Shown: piece by piece, positions 16,732 to 26,287 of the stretch | Layout: each line of letters begins with the position of its first letter | Position numbering within the stretch: the stretch's first letter is position 1 | DNA from: Blautia sp. HCP3S3_G3 | GTDB lineage: Bacteria > Bacillota > Clostridia > Lachnospirales > Lachnospiraceae | Assembly (NCBI RefSeq): GCF_052063365.1 | Contig: NZ_JBQHXR010000008.1 | Location: forward strand, 1-64,000 | Reading direction: 5' to 3' | Length of the DNA stretch: 64,000 nucleotides | Notes under the pieces: generated by a model | Told to the model about the DNA's origin: nothing | The model's input: the letters and a program-made list of their open reading frames with translations, nothing else | The model's database searches: none | Translations under genes and position numbers: made by a program

Positions 16732-17556
16732 TCAGAATTTTCCTCCGCTTCCTCCATGTGTCGTTCCGGAAGAACTGGTGTGTGTGGTGCTTCCACCGGA
16801 ACTACTGTTATTATTAACTTCGATTTTTCGAGAAGTCACAAATTTTCTGATAAAACGGTCAGAATTCATTGTCAGTACAAAACTTCCGGGAACTGAATAA
16901 TCTTCCGCATCCGCTTTGCCTCTTACAGATTTCAATTTTCCCTTTTTTATAAAAGCGATCACGTAACCGAGACCAAGTCCGACTGCCAGATCCACCAGTA
17001 TCAGGAATGGATCAAAGGGCTCTTTCGGCATATTTCCCTCATGATATGGTTCTCCTGTTTTTGCCTGTGTGATGAAATCATCGCAAAGTTCTGCAAATAC
17101 GGAAAAAGCATCCGCATATTTCCCATCACTCAGATCCGGCAGGAATTTTTCGGATATGTAATCAAGTCCCTCATCTGTGAAAGCTGTGATCCCAAATCCG
17201 CAGGTACTGATCCACCAATCTCTCTCCTCCATGCTTACCAGGAGTATGATACCGTCGCGTTCCGTTCCCATCCCGTATCCGTTATAATCATAAAAATCAT
17301 CGGCATATTCCATGGCAGTCTTGCCGTCGAGTCCGTCCACTGCCGCTACAACAACATCACAGCTCTGACGTTCACTGATCTCATTCAGCTGCGCCAGAAT
17401 ACGCTCTTCTTCCTCATCAGTTAAAAGATCCGCTTCATCTGTAAGCCTCGGCAAAAGCCTCTCATCCGGTATCGCTTCCGCTCTGGCCGGTACCGTCCAC
17501 ACTCCCGTTAATGCAAGAAGGGCAGACAAAAGAACCACTTTTATTCTTTTTTTCAT
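16732..17556 (-). CDS. TPM-domain (YgcG/TLP18.3-like) membrane protein with a C-terminal TM helix and Gly/Ser-rich tail
   Basis: Signal peptide. TDEADLLTDEEEERILAQLNEISERQSCDVVVAAV...DGIILLVSMEERDWWISTCGFG is typical TPM. A TM helix lies near residue 200. Confidence 0.65.
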   Translation of the reverse strand: MKKRIKVVLLSALLALTGVWTVPARAEAIPDERLLPRLTDEADLLTDEEEERILAQLNEISERQSCDVVVAAVDGLDGKTAMEYADDFYDYNGYGMGTERDGIILLVSMEERDWWISTCGFGITAFTDEGLDYISEKFLPDLSDGKYADAFSVFAELCDDFITQAKTGEPYHEGNMPKEPFDPFLILVDLAVGLGLGYVIAFIKKGKLKSVRGKADAEDYSVPGSFVLTMNSDRFIRKFVTSRKIEVNNNSSSGGSTTHTSSSGTTHGGSGGKF

Positions 17557-17568
17557 GATCTTCCCCTC

Positions 17569-18660
17569 CTACACCAGTGTCATGATGATCTGGATGATAC
17601 AAAGCAGAGCGCTGATTCCAAGTCCCCACCCTGCAGCAAATCTCCAGAACTGTTTTTTGTCAAGCGGCAGATCTCCCACCATTTTTCCTGTCTGGCCATT
17701 CATAGCAAATATATATTTTTTCCCAGCCCAGGTAGTATTGAGAATCCATACAGGATAAAGTGCATACCAGTACCGTGCATTGCGGGTCTGAATGTTGGTA
17801 TGAGATTCTGATACATTCTGATATCCCTGAACGGTTTCACGAAATGCATTTATGGCACTGCTGCGGATCCTGTTGTCTGCACGCCTGATACATTCCTCCG
17901 CTTTCATATCGTAGCGGTCAGCAGCATATCCCGCAAGGTAAGCCGGATTAAAAGGAACAGCTTCCGAAAAATGATAAGGCTCTATGGACTCCATCAGTGC
18001 ATCGTCCATTTTTTTGGAACAGTCAGTGGGAACATTTTTGAAGCTTACGCTGCCGCTCCTGTGAATTTCATAATAATTGTGCTCCGTGTACTCCATACTG
18101 CGGTCCTGCCATATGCGTATTTTCTCTGCATTATAGGAAATATCTCCGTGAACCTCTGCGTCAAATATCCAGAATGGTACATAGATACCCTTGATTTCAT
18201 CGATGTGATTTTCTGCTTTGAAAACTTTCGGCAGGAAATTTTTGCCTTTTAAGTGTTTGTAATAAGCTTCTTTTGCCGCTTTTTTGTCTAATTTAAACGG
18301 AATCACGTAATCCGGTTTTAAATCTCCGGAAAACTGTCCCTTCATAACAACAGGGTTGCCGCAGAACGGGCAGGCAGAAGCACCTGTTGTTTCATCAGCA
18401 ATGATTTCACCACCGCAGGACTGGCAGGAATATATTCGCATTCCTTCTGTTTCGCCATCCTCCCACTGACCGCTGCCGTTCGCCGTCCAGTCCGGACTGC
18501 CGTTATCTGGATCCCCGCCATCGGCTCCGCCCTGAGCCATCTGATAATCTGCGATACTCATTTCCGTATCGCAGTAAGGGCATTTCATCTTCTGACTGCT
18601 GCTGTCAAATTCCATAGCCCCGCCGCAGGCAGGGCATTTATACTCAATAACCTCAGACAT
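17569..18660 (-). CDS. Zinc-ribbon membrane protein (two CxxC-CxxC ribbons, C-terminal TM helix). YdjG-like.
   Basis: CPACGG...CPYCD and CQSCGG...CPFCGN. C-terminal hydrophobic FWRFAAGWGLGISALLCIIQIIMTLV. Confidence 0.5.
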   Translation of the reverse strand: MSEVIEYKCPACGGAMEFDSSSQKMKCPYCDTEMSIADYQMAQGGADGGDPDNGSPDWTANGSGQWEDGETEGMRIYSCQSCGGEIIADETTGASACPFCGNPVVMKGQFSGDLKPDYVIPFKLDKKAAKEAYYKHLKGKNFLPKVFKAENHIDEIKGIYVPFWIFDAEVHGDISYNAEKIRIWQDRSMEYTEHNYYEIHRSGSVSFKNVPTDCSKKMDDALMESIEPYHFSEAVPFNPAYLAGYAADRYDMKAEECIRRADNRIRSSAINAFRETVQGYQNVSESHTNIQTRNARYWYALYPVWILNTTWAGKKYIFAMNGQTGKMVGDLPLDKKQFWRFAAGWGLGISALLCIIQIIMTLV

Positions 18661-18754
18661 CCGGTATCATCTCCTTCCCGTACACTTCCTGTCATCTTAT
18701 CATCTTCTGCTTTGGTGCAGAAACTTTATATGTACAAGTTTTAAGATATCATTT

Positions 18755-19822
18755 TTATCTCATATCGTTCCCATCGATCGGATCGCCGCACTGCGGACAG
18801 AATCTCGGGATCTGAGTTGGATCTTCCGGAACCCAGCCGCATTTATCACAGCGGATGCCATTTGGCTGCTGAGTGTATATGCTATTTCCGTTCATTCCAT
18901 TAAACTGCTGGTTATAACCTCCCTGCACTGCATTCATCTGCTGACCGTAGCTACCCTGCGCTGCGCCAAACTGCTGATTATAACTACCCTGCATTCCATT
19001 CACCGGCTGGCCATAGCCATTCTGCATCCCATTTACCGGCTGGCCATAGCCGCCCTGCATTCCGTTTACCGGCTGGCCATACATTCCGCCCTGCATTCCG
19101 TTTACCGGCTGACCGTACATTCCGCCCTGCATTCCGTTTACCGGCTGACCGTACATTCCACCCTGCATTCCATTTACCGGCTGACCGTACATTCCGCCTG
19201 CCTGCGGAGCGTAACCCATTCCGGTAAGCGCAGCAACAATCTGGTTTCCGGTATTTTCCATTTCTGACATTTTCATGCGGTCATGCTCATCAACGGAAGA
19301 ACTGTTCAGTCTGAAGTCCATATCATCAAACCAGGGGGAATTGATTCCCAGTTTAATGGAATAATCATAGGAATATTTATACCTTGGAGGATTATAATCC
19401 TTCAGATTTCCTTCATTATCACGGTACTGTTCTTCCCTGCGGTTCTGTTCAATATTCAGACGGCAGCTTACCACCTGTGACAGATCCACAATATCCGGAT
19501 TGTTTTCAGCACTGAAGCGTAATGCTACTGTAAACTGTCCCTTTGTATCATCAATAAATACATGATAGCTGTCTCCCGCAAATTCACGGGTAATCTGAAA
19601 TGCCTGAACTTTCGCTTTATTTGCTTCTCTGTATGCCAGCTGTTTTTTGATGTCCTCTACTGTACTGTGACGGCGCTCCTCAAACCATGGAGAAAGTTTC
19701 TTTGCACAGTCCTTGCAGAGATTGCCGTCGTCAAGCTTGCGGTTTCCAAGAAGACCGATTTCACCGCCGCAGATATCACATACTTTTTTCTCAAATACTT
19801 TTCCAAATAATCCCATAAACAA
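18755..19822 (-). CDS. Zinc-ribbon protein with an internal GGMYGQPVNGMQ tandem-repeat region and a C-terminal CDKCGW...CPQCGD ribbon
   Basis: N-terminal CDICGG...CKDCAKKL. 5-6 copies of the 12-aa repeat. The C-terminal ribbon is shared with the SPFH protein. Confidence 0.5.
   Translation of the reverse strand: MFMGLFGKVFEKKVCDICGGEIGLLGNRKLDDGNLCKDCAKKLSPWFEERRHSTVEDIKKQLAYREANKAKVQAFQITREFAGDSYHVFIDDTKGQFTVALRFSAENNPDIVDLSQVVSCRLNIEQNRREEQYRDNEGNLKDYNPPRYKYSYDYSIKLGINSPWFDDMDFRLNSSSVDEHDRMKMSEMENTGNQIVAALTGMGYAPQAGGMYGQPVNGMQGGMYGQPVNGMQGGMYGQPVNGMQGGMYGQPVNGMQGGYGQPVNGMQNGYGQPVNGMQGSYNQQFGAAQGSYGQQMNAVQGGYNQQFNGMNGNSIYTQQPNGIRCDKCGWVPEDPTQIPRFCPQCGDPIDGNDMR
18985..19200. repeat. 36-bp tandem DNA repeats encoding GGMYGQPVNGMQ
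   Basis: ccctgcattccgtttaccggctg(a/g)cc(g/a)tacattccgc units repeated about six times. Confidence 0.7.
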
Positions 19823-19912
19823 TAGTCCTCCTTTTATAAAATCTCCTTTTATAAGATTTACTTTTATAATATCTCTTTCTAAACAATATATCTTACGAAA
19901 AATTTCCTGCTT

Positions 19913-21367
19913 TTAAATAATGTCTCCATCATCAAACGCATCTCCGCACTGCGGGCAGAATTTCGGCGGATGCTGTTTATCTTCCGGTTCCCATCCGCAT
20001 TTATCACATTTGTACTGAGGAACTCCTGCAGGTTTCGGCCTGCCGCATTCCATACAGAATTTCCCTTTATTCAAGGCACCGCAGCTGCAGGTCCAGCCTT
20101 CCGGGGCTGCAGGTCTTGGTGCACCGCAGTTCATACAGAACTTGCCGCTGTTTTTCGCGCCGCAGGAACAGATCCATTCGTCCGCAGGTTTTGGTACGGG
20201 TTTGGGATTACCGCAGTTCATACAGAATTTTCCGTTGTTCTTTGTTCCGCAGCTGCAGATCCATTCACTGCCAGTCTGTACGGACTGTCCCGCAGAGAAA
20301 TTCTGCTGTCTCTCGCTCATCATCTGCTGACGCTGCATTTCCTGATTTCTCGCCTGCTGTTCCGCTCCCATCTGAAAGAGAGTCTGTGCATTCATGCCGC
20401 CTGCCTGGGAAGCCATATTCATGCCCATAAAGCCCATCATGGCACCGTTTTCATTGGATGCCGCCATTTTCATGGCATCTGCCTGAGCGCCTGTCAGTGT
20501 GGCGGCTGCCATCGTTGGATCCCTCATAATGGCAGTTCTCTGTGCCTGTTTGATCATTTCCGCGTCTTCCGGGGGAAGGGTAACCTGATTCACACCGACG
20601 GAAACAATCTCCAGCCCGCGAAGCTGCGACCATTTTTTGGTAAGTGCTTCATTCATGGCTTCGGAAAGCTCCTGAACATGACCCGGAATCGCGCTGGGCC
20701 GTATTTGAAGTTCTGAAATCCTTGCAAAAGCAGGCTGAAGCGCTGTCAGAAACTCTGCTTTCAGCTGGCTGTCAATTTCAGCTCTTGTATATTCTGATTC
20801 CACATTTCCGCAGACATTCGTATAGAAAAGCACCGGATCTGCGATCCTGTAGGAATAAATTCCATTGCAGCGCACTGATACATCAATATCAAGACCGATA
20901 TTTCTGTCTACGACCCTGAATGGGATCGGACTCGCTGTACCGAATTTATTATCCACCAGTTCTTTGGTGTTGATATAATACACGCGCTGGTCCTTGGGTG
21001 CATCTCCGCCGAAGGAAAAACGCTTTCCGATATTTTCAAATGTCTGAGCAATTCCTTCTTTCAGATCACCGGTAAAAATACTGGGTTCCGTGGACACATC
21101 ATAAATGAACTCGCCCGGCTGCGCACAGAGTTCTGCCACACGTCCCTGATCTACGATCAGCATGCACTGTCCGTCCGCTACTGCGATAACGGAGCCGTTT
21201 GTGATAATATTATCCTCTCCGCGTGTATTGGAAGAACGTTTGCCTGTTCGTTTTCTTCCTTTTTTTACAAGAATGTCCTTATCCATTGCTTCACAGTAAA
21301 AATAGTCTTTCCACTGATCTGCCATCACGCCGCCGACTGCTCCGACAGCTGCTCTTATTAATCCCAT
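19913..21367 (-). CDS. SPFH/Band-7 family protein (PF13421-like, YdjI-like) with three tandem CSCG...CMNCG zinc ribbons and a terminal CDKCGW...CPQCGD ribbon
   Basis: N-terminus MGLIRAAVGAVGGVMADQWKDYFYCEAM is characteristic of this SPFH subfamily. Three ~25-aa repeats EWICSCGAKNSGKFCMNCGAPRP. Confidence 0.6.
   Translation of the reverse strand: MGLIRAAVGAVGGVMADQWKDYFYCEAMDKDILVKKGRKRTGKRSSNTRGEDNIITNGSVIAVADGQCMLIVDQGRVAELCAQPGEFIYDVSTEPSIFTGDLKEGIAQTFENIGKRFSFGGDAPKDQRVYYINTKELVDNKFGTASPIPFRVVDRNIGLDIDVSVRCNGIYSYRIADPVLFYTNVCGNVESEYTRAEIDSQLKAEFLTALQPAFARISELQIRPSAIPGHVQELSEAMNEALTKKWSQLRGLEIVSVGVNQVTLPPEDAEMIKQAQRTAIMRDPTMAAATLTGAQADAMKMAASNENGAMMGFMGMNMASQAGGMNAQTLFQMGAEQQARNQEMQRQQMMSERQQNFSAGQSVQTGSEWICSCGTKNNGKFCMNCGNPKPVPKPADEWICSCGAKNSGKFCMNCGAPRPAAPEGWTCSCGALNKGKFCMECGRPKPAGVPQYKCDKCGWEPEDKQHPPKFCPQCGDAFDDGDII
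20020..20270. repeat. Approximately 75-78-bp tandem DNA repeats encoding the three zinc ribbons of the SPFH protein
   Basis: The repeated gcaccgcagttcatacagaa(c/t)ttgccg... blocks are visible directly. Confidence 0.6.
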
Positions 21368-21384
21368 GGTGATTCCTCCTTCAT

Positions 21385-21735
21385 TTACGGACGTACATCC
21401 GCATTAGTAAATACACTGTCATCTTTCAGATAATGGATCTCAATAACCTCTTCTCCGTCCAGATCAACTAAAGAATACGTAAATTCCGTTGTCTCATCAA
21501 AATCTTCGGTATATGCCGTACCGCTTCCATTCGCTCCTTCTGTCCATTGAAGAACGATCGAATCTCCTTCAAAACCGATGGTTCCTTTCAGTTCATTCTC
21601 AAATGCAGTTCCTTCAAATGTACATGCATCCCTGTTAATTGTTACGTCAGACCATCCCCAGTTGATGTTCATGATCCTGTCAAAGATCTGCTGTCCGTTG
21701 GTACCGTCATAATACCATGGATTCCTGCCTTTCAT
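21385..21735 (-). CDS. Hypothetical 116-aa protein
   Basis: ORF only. Confidence 0.3.
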   Translation of the reverse strand: MKGRNPWYYDGTNGQQIFDRIMNINWGWSDVTINRDACTFEGTAFENELKGTIGFEGDSIVLQWTEGANGSGTAYTEDFDETTEFTYSLVDLDGEEVIEIHYLKDDSVFTNADVRP

Positions 21736-21817
21736 CCTGTAAAAATCGCTGCTGTAATTTTTCCTTTTTTCATCGTTTCCTCCTTTCTTCTAGAGACGGT
21801 TTATTCTTTTTTCGAAG

Positions 21818-22213
21818 TTACATGCTGTCAAGAGCTGCTGCCAGATATTCTCCGGACACAGAGGAATAAAAAAATCCGTCTATGACCCTGTTTTTCTTTG
21901 CATCCTTGATCTGTTCAGCCAGTTCCTGATCCGCATTTTCATCGCACAGCAGTGCAATTTTGCAATCCGGGAGTTCTGATCTTATCCTGACAATTGTCTT
22001 CATACGTTCTTCCAGTGTATAGTGCGGCACTCTTGTCACTTCCATGAGAAGAATGTCCGCGTCTAAAGAACAGCAAGTGCTGAAAGGCTCGTCAGGATCA
22101 CTGGTCAGAATTCTCTGTGCCATTATTTCACCGCGTTCATTCAGGTATTTAATAAGTGCGCCGGACAGAAGTCCGTTCTGTGTACTTATGACGCCAATGC
22201 GCAAGGATATCAC
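21818..22213 (-). CDS. Hypothetical protein, possibly a receiver-like (pseudo-REC) domain
   Basis: Weak resemblance to CheY-like fold (ADILLMEV...). The acidic pocket is not conserved. Confidence 0.3.
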   Translation of the reverse strand: MISLRIGVISTQNGLLSGALIKYLNERGEIMAQRILTSDPDEPFSTCCSLDADILLMEVTRVPHYTLEERMKTIVRIRSELPDCKIALLCDENADQELAEQIKDAKKNRVIDGFFYSSVSGEYLAAALDSM

Positions 22214-22469
22214 CTCCTCTGCATACTGCTGTTTTTTTCTATTTTATGAATTGTTTATATTAATTCATATACTAAAATTAGTATACTTTTCAATGTATTG
22301 GTAATTATGCACAATAATATAATGGATTCAGCAAAAGATTCCGAGAATCTCTATCATATATAATAAAAAAACAGGCATAGTATACCTAATGTCATACGTT
22401 GCCTGTTTTTATAATTCATATCCTTTTACAGCCTTTAATAACCACTAAATCTTTTAATAAATTTATCTT

Positions 22470-23093
22470 TTAATAACCTTTAATAACCAGTCCGCTTTCC
22501 CTGGCTGCAACAGCCAGTTGTGTGCGTGATTTAAAGCCGGTTTTTTCCAGCATGACTTTTACATATTTTCGAACCGTCCATGCAGACAGATGGAGCTCCT
22601 CTGCAATTTCCTCATCTGTATCACCGCTGGTCAGTTCACGGAGAATTTTCAATTCACATTCTGTAAATTCCGTGCTAAGAGCATTCCCGACTTTTAACTT
22701 CGGAACAGAATCCGGGTAAACAGATTCTCCGCTCATTGTGCGGTCCATAATAGAAAGAATGACTTCCTCCGAAGGTTCTTTATACCAGAAACTGTCAACT
22801 CCGGCTTCTCTTGCACGATTGATAAAATCACATTCCGGCTGGCCTGTCACGATAATTATTTTAATCTTCGGATGATTCTTTTTGATCCTGGCTGCCGCGT
22901 CAAGACCACTGGCATTCAGAGCCGTACAGACATCCATAATGATCAGATCCACCTGCTTTTTCAAACAGTAGAGTTCTGCCATGGACGCACTTTCGATCGC
23001 TCCTGCCATCCGGTATCTTTCGCTGTTTTTCATATAGATCTCAAATAGAGTCCTTGCCATCGGATCATCTTCCACAATCAGTACATTTATCAT
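22470..23093 (-). CDS. Two-component response regulator, NarL/LuxR family
   Basis: REC domain VLIVEDDPMARTL...DLIIMDV. C-terminal LuxR HTH (LTECELKILRELTSGDTDEEIAEELHLSAWTVRKYVKVMLEK). Confidence 0.8.
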   Translation of the reverse strand: MINVLIVEDDPMARTLFEIYMKNSERYRMAGAIESASMAELYCLKKQVDLIIMDVCTALNASGLDAAARIKKNHPKIKIIIVTGQPECDFINRAREAGVDSFWYKEPSEEVILSIMDRTMSGESVYPDSVPKLKVGNALSTEFTECELKILRELTSGDTDEEIAEELHLSAWTVRKYVKVMLEKTGFKSRTQLAVAARESGLVIKGY

Positions 23094-24400
23094 GATAACA
23101 CCCTTCCTGTTGTCATTGGCAGTGTAACATTCAGCACAAAATGAGGACGTGCTGAAATTTTCATGGATCCTCCCGCTTCTTCCAGACGGAGTCTTAATGC
23201 CTCGAGGCCGCCGCCCACGGTAATTTCTCCCGCCGGCCTGCGCCCGTTGTTTGTAAAAGTTACTTCAAGTTTATTCTCTGATTCATACAGTTTCATTGAA
23301 AGCTCATCCGCACCTGCATGGCGTACTGCATTTGTAAGAGCTTCCGCTGCTGCCGCTACAATCAGTTTTACTATTTCTTCATTATCAGGAAGCTCTCCCT
23401 CAAGAAGAATCTTCACTCCTGCAGAATTTGCAGCATTGACAAAATAATTCCATGTTCTTCTGAAATCCTGCGGTACCGACTCTTGTTTCAGTAAGGCGAC
23501 TATATAATTCCATCGTTTCAGAATATCCTTTTCCTGCAGCGGAGCTGCCTCATGGAGAAGATAAGATCTTGATGCAAGAAGCGCCTGTCCTATTTCATTA
23601 TGGATGCGCATCTTTGTCTCAAGTACTTCACGGCTTCTTACAAAAGAATCAATATTTTCTCCATACTGTCTCAGCCGGCTGTTCATTTCAGTCAGATCCC
23701 GATTGTTTTCCTTTAATTCCTCAGACAGTTCATACAGATCTGTTGTATCTGCTGCTGTAATCTGTACTACGGTATGATCCTCTACAGTCAGCATCTTTTT
23801 CCCGAACGTCCAGATGGTACTGTCACTGAGACGAATGCTTGGGGTATTTCCCTCTGAGATACGCTCTGCATCGTTGCATACACACCCGCTGCACAGGATA
23901 TTCCAGAATTGTTCCGCATCCTGAAAATCCATTCCTGTAACAGCATGGCATAACACTTCCATTCGGTGGTTTGCCAGAAGGATTCTCCCGTTCGGAGCAG
24001 AAAAACTAAGCCCTGTCGGCAGATTATCAATACTTTCTTTAATTGATGAGACTGTTATGGAGTTCCTGTAATACTTTAATATCCTGTATAATGATAAAAA
24101 GGTAAAAATACCGATAATCAGTACCATCAGCCCTGCAGCTTCTGCCGGAAACTGAAACAGCCAGTTCCATCTCTTTTCGGACGGGAGCTCACCGTATACT
24201 ACTATCTGCTTATTAACATATCTGAGAAAAATAAGTTCCGTAAAGGTCAGCAGAAAAACCGGCAGAATATATTTGACCAGATATTTCGTTTTTCCCTCAA
24301 AGGAAGCGATCAGGCAGCCGATCTGTATCAGAGACAGGAAATACAGCATCATCATCACTATGCCTCTGATATTCTGATGTACGGTATATAATGCTGTCAT
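23090..24400 (-). CDS. Sensor histidine kinase (HisKA_3 + HATPase_c), membrane-bound
   Basis: N-terminal TM helices. H-box IHNEIGQALLASRSYL. ATPase motifs ...AEALTNAVRHAGADEL...GGGLEALRLRLEEAGG. 4-bp overlap with the response-regulator gene. Confidence 0.75.
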   Translation of the reverse strand: MTALYTVHQNIRGIVMMMLYFLSLIQIGCLIASFEGKTKYLVKYILPVFLLTFTELIFLRYVNKQIVVYGELPSEKRWNWLFQFPAEAAGLMVLIIGIFTFLSLYRILKYYRNSITVSSIKESIDNLPTGLSFSAPNGRILLANHRMEVLCHAVTGMDFQDAEQFWNILCSGCVCNDAERISEGNTPSIRLSDSTIWTFGKKMLTVEDHTVVQITAADTTDLYELSEELKENNRDLTEMNSRLRQYGENIDSFVRSREVLETKMRIHNEIGQALLASRSYLLHEAAPLQEKDILKRWNYIVALLKQESVPQDFRRTWNYFVNAANSAGVKILLEGELPDNEEIVKLIVAAAAEALTNAVRHAGADELSMKLYESENKLEVTFTNNGRRPAGEITVGGGLEALRLRLEEAGGSMKISARPHFVLNVTLPMTTGRVLS

Positions 24401-26043
24401 ATCCGGTCCTCTCCTTTCTCCAGATGAAATTCAACCCAGAGAATATCATCAGATCTTCTGGCAGTTACCCTGCCGCCCAAAGCTGTCCATTCTGTTTTTT
24501 CCGGAAAACATACTTCGCAGCTGCAATCCATCTGAAGCCGCATAAAAATGTTTCCATTGGAGATCCTCAGTTTTATGAAAAGGGCATTTAATCCGCATAA
24601 TGTCTGTTCAAATGCCTGCTGTGCCATGTCATAAACAGCAACAAGACGGTTTGCCTTTACTTTTCCTTCGCATTTGCTGTCCAGAGAACATAAAATCCCT
24701 GCCAGACGCAGATTGTCAAGGGATTCCCTCAGGCAGAACTCCATTTCCTTCGCAGGAATATCATCAGTATCTTCCGATATCAGCAAAAGATTGCTTCTTC
24801 GTTTTATGTAGGCACTGATGATACAGATCTTTATCAGATTGTCACGGATATCAGATGAGGAAGATTCTTTGCAGAGAAGATTTTCAATCTCTGTGATCTG
24901 GGTATTCACTTCTCTGGAAATTCGATCATACAGACGGTTTTTTTCAGCTATCCGAAGACTTTTTTCCTGGAGATCCAGTTCCGCTTTAATCAGATCATTT
25001 TTATGAGCAAGCTCTTTTCCTGTTTCTTCCAGTTCTTTCGTGTAGCGATTAAGCTCGGTAATATCATCCCACCAGAATACATAACCGTGGGAAATCGGGG
25101 CACTTCTGAGCCTCTTGTTTTCAAGATTGACAGAGCCTGATAAAGCCAGGCGCATCATCGTTTCGTCCACGGGCTCTGACGTATCGGATGTGTAGCAGGG
25201 ATGAAATTCATCGTCTGTTATACGCGCTTCTATCGTGGAAGCGCCAAAAAGGAGTCCATACTTCGAGTTTGTGCGGATAAGGCCGCTCTGTATACTGCTC
25301 TCCAGCAAAAGAATAATCACAAAGCAGCTTACAGTTGTGAAATCCATATTAAGGATTCCAAGACAATAGAGAAGCCATACGACAAGCGCTCCGCCAAGGA
25401 CAAGAAGCGGTGTTCTTTGAAACCATCGGTTTCCCGGTGCCCGGCATTTCACCAGAAGCATAACGAGAGAATAGATCCCAAGAGATATGGACCAGAGGAT
25501 CACCAAAAAATAACAAATCTTGTATGTATAATTGTTATAATCATTGATTCCCTCCGGAAAGCCAAATACGAGACGGTGTACATCATTGGTAAAAACCAGT
25601 CCAATGAGAAACAGAGCAGGCAGATACAACAGCTGCATTCTCTTTGGTTTTTCATAGGAATCCACTTTGCCGATGTATTCCTGAATATAAAAGCAATATA
25701 GCGGAATCAGTATGATAGGTATATAATAGGCGTACCATAAGTAACGGCATATACTTGTATCATAAAAAAAATAGTATTTCACTGCCCGGATATATTGCCA
25801 CAGGATCAGTTGAAAAGTCACAGAAAGCATATAGAAACGTACAGATTTCTGCATGACCCTACGCCTGATGGAAATCAGCCAGACGATTGCGATCCCCATA
25901 TGGATCATTTCTCTGCTGAATCGCAGAAATGTATCCGGTATGATCCCCGGCAGCGTGATCACATACCTTACAATATAAGCATAAACCAGCAGAACACCAA
26001 GAATGCCGGCAGATAGCAGCTTTTTTTTGTCTAACCTGTTCAT
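24397..26043 (-). CDS. Polytopic membrane protein with a degenerate C-terminal histidine-kinase-like domain. Putative second sensor.
   Basis: ~8 predicted TM helices over residues 1-250, then a coiled-coil and a GHKL-like region with poorly conserved motifs. Translationally coupled to the downstream histidine kinase. Confidence 0.4.
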   Translation of the reverse strand: MNRLDKKKLLSAGILGVLLVYAYIVRYVITLPGIIPDTFLRFSREMIHMGIAIVWLISIRRRVMQKSVRFYMLSVTFQLILWQYIRAVKYYFFYDTSICRYLWYAYYIPIILIPLYCFYIQEYIGKVDSYEKPKRMQLLYLPALFLIGLVFTNDVHRLVFGFPEGINDYNNYTYKICYFLVILWSISLGIYSLVMLLVKCRAPGNRWFQRTPLLVLGGALVVWLLYCLGILNMDFTTVSCFVIILLLESSIQSGLIRTNSKYGLLFGASTIEARITDDEFHPCYTSDTSEPVDETMMRLALSGSVNLENKRLRSAPISHGYVFWWDDITELNRYTKELEETGKELAHKNDLIKAELDLQEKSLRIAEKNRLYDRISREVNTQITEIENLLCKESSSSDIRDNLIKICIISAYIKRRSNLLLISEDTDDIPAKEMEFCLRESLDNLRLAGILCSLDSKCEGKVKANRLVAVYDMAQQAFEQTLCGLNALFIKLRISNGNIFMRLQMDCSCEVCFPEKTEWTALGGRVTARRSDDILWVEFHLEKGEDRI

Positions 26044-26235
26044 GAAAACTCCTCATCTACTGTCTGTCAACAATAGATTCTCCATAGTATTTCGGATATC
26101 TGATTCTATCTTAGCGTATTCATGTTTTCATTACAAGGATATTTTTGAATAACGACCGGATTCTCATCGTCAAACACAAACATTTTTCCATATAACAGAT
26201 TGAATCATGATCCGTGGTATTTTATTTTTTCATGA

Positions 26236-26250
26236 TTTTTGGTATAATGG
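26236..26250 (+). promoter_or_regulatory. Extended -10 promoter element (TGgTATAAT) for the FMN-dependent dehydrogenase gene
   Basis: tttttggtataatgg lies 40 nt upstream of the AGGAGG RBS. Confidence 0.4.
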
Positions 26251-26287
26251 TTCGAAATATATTGGAATCTAAAGGAGGATCTTGTCA

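Noticed and set aside
19970-20716. 248-aa plus-strand ORF antisense to the SPFH gene, and the 191-aa ORF at 36903-37478 antisense to the surface protein
   Set aside because: Cys/Arg-rich shadow ORFs generated by the repeat-encoding regions of the real minus-strand genes.
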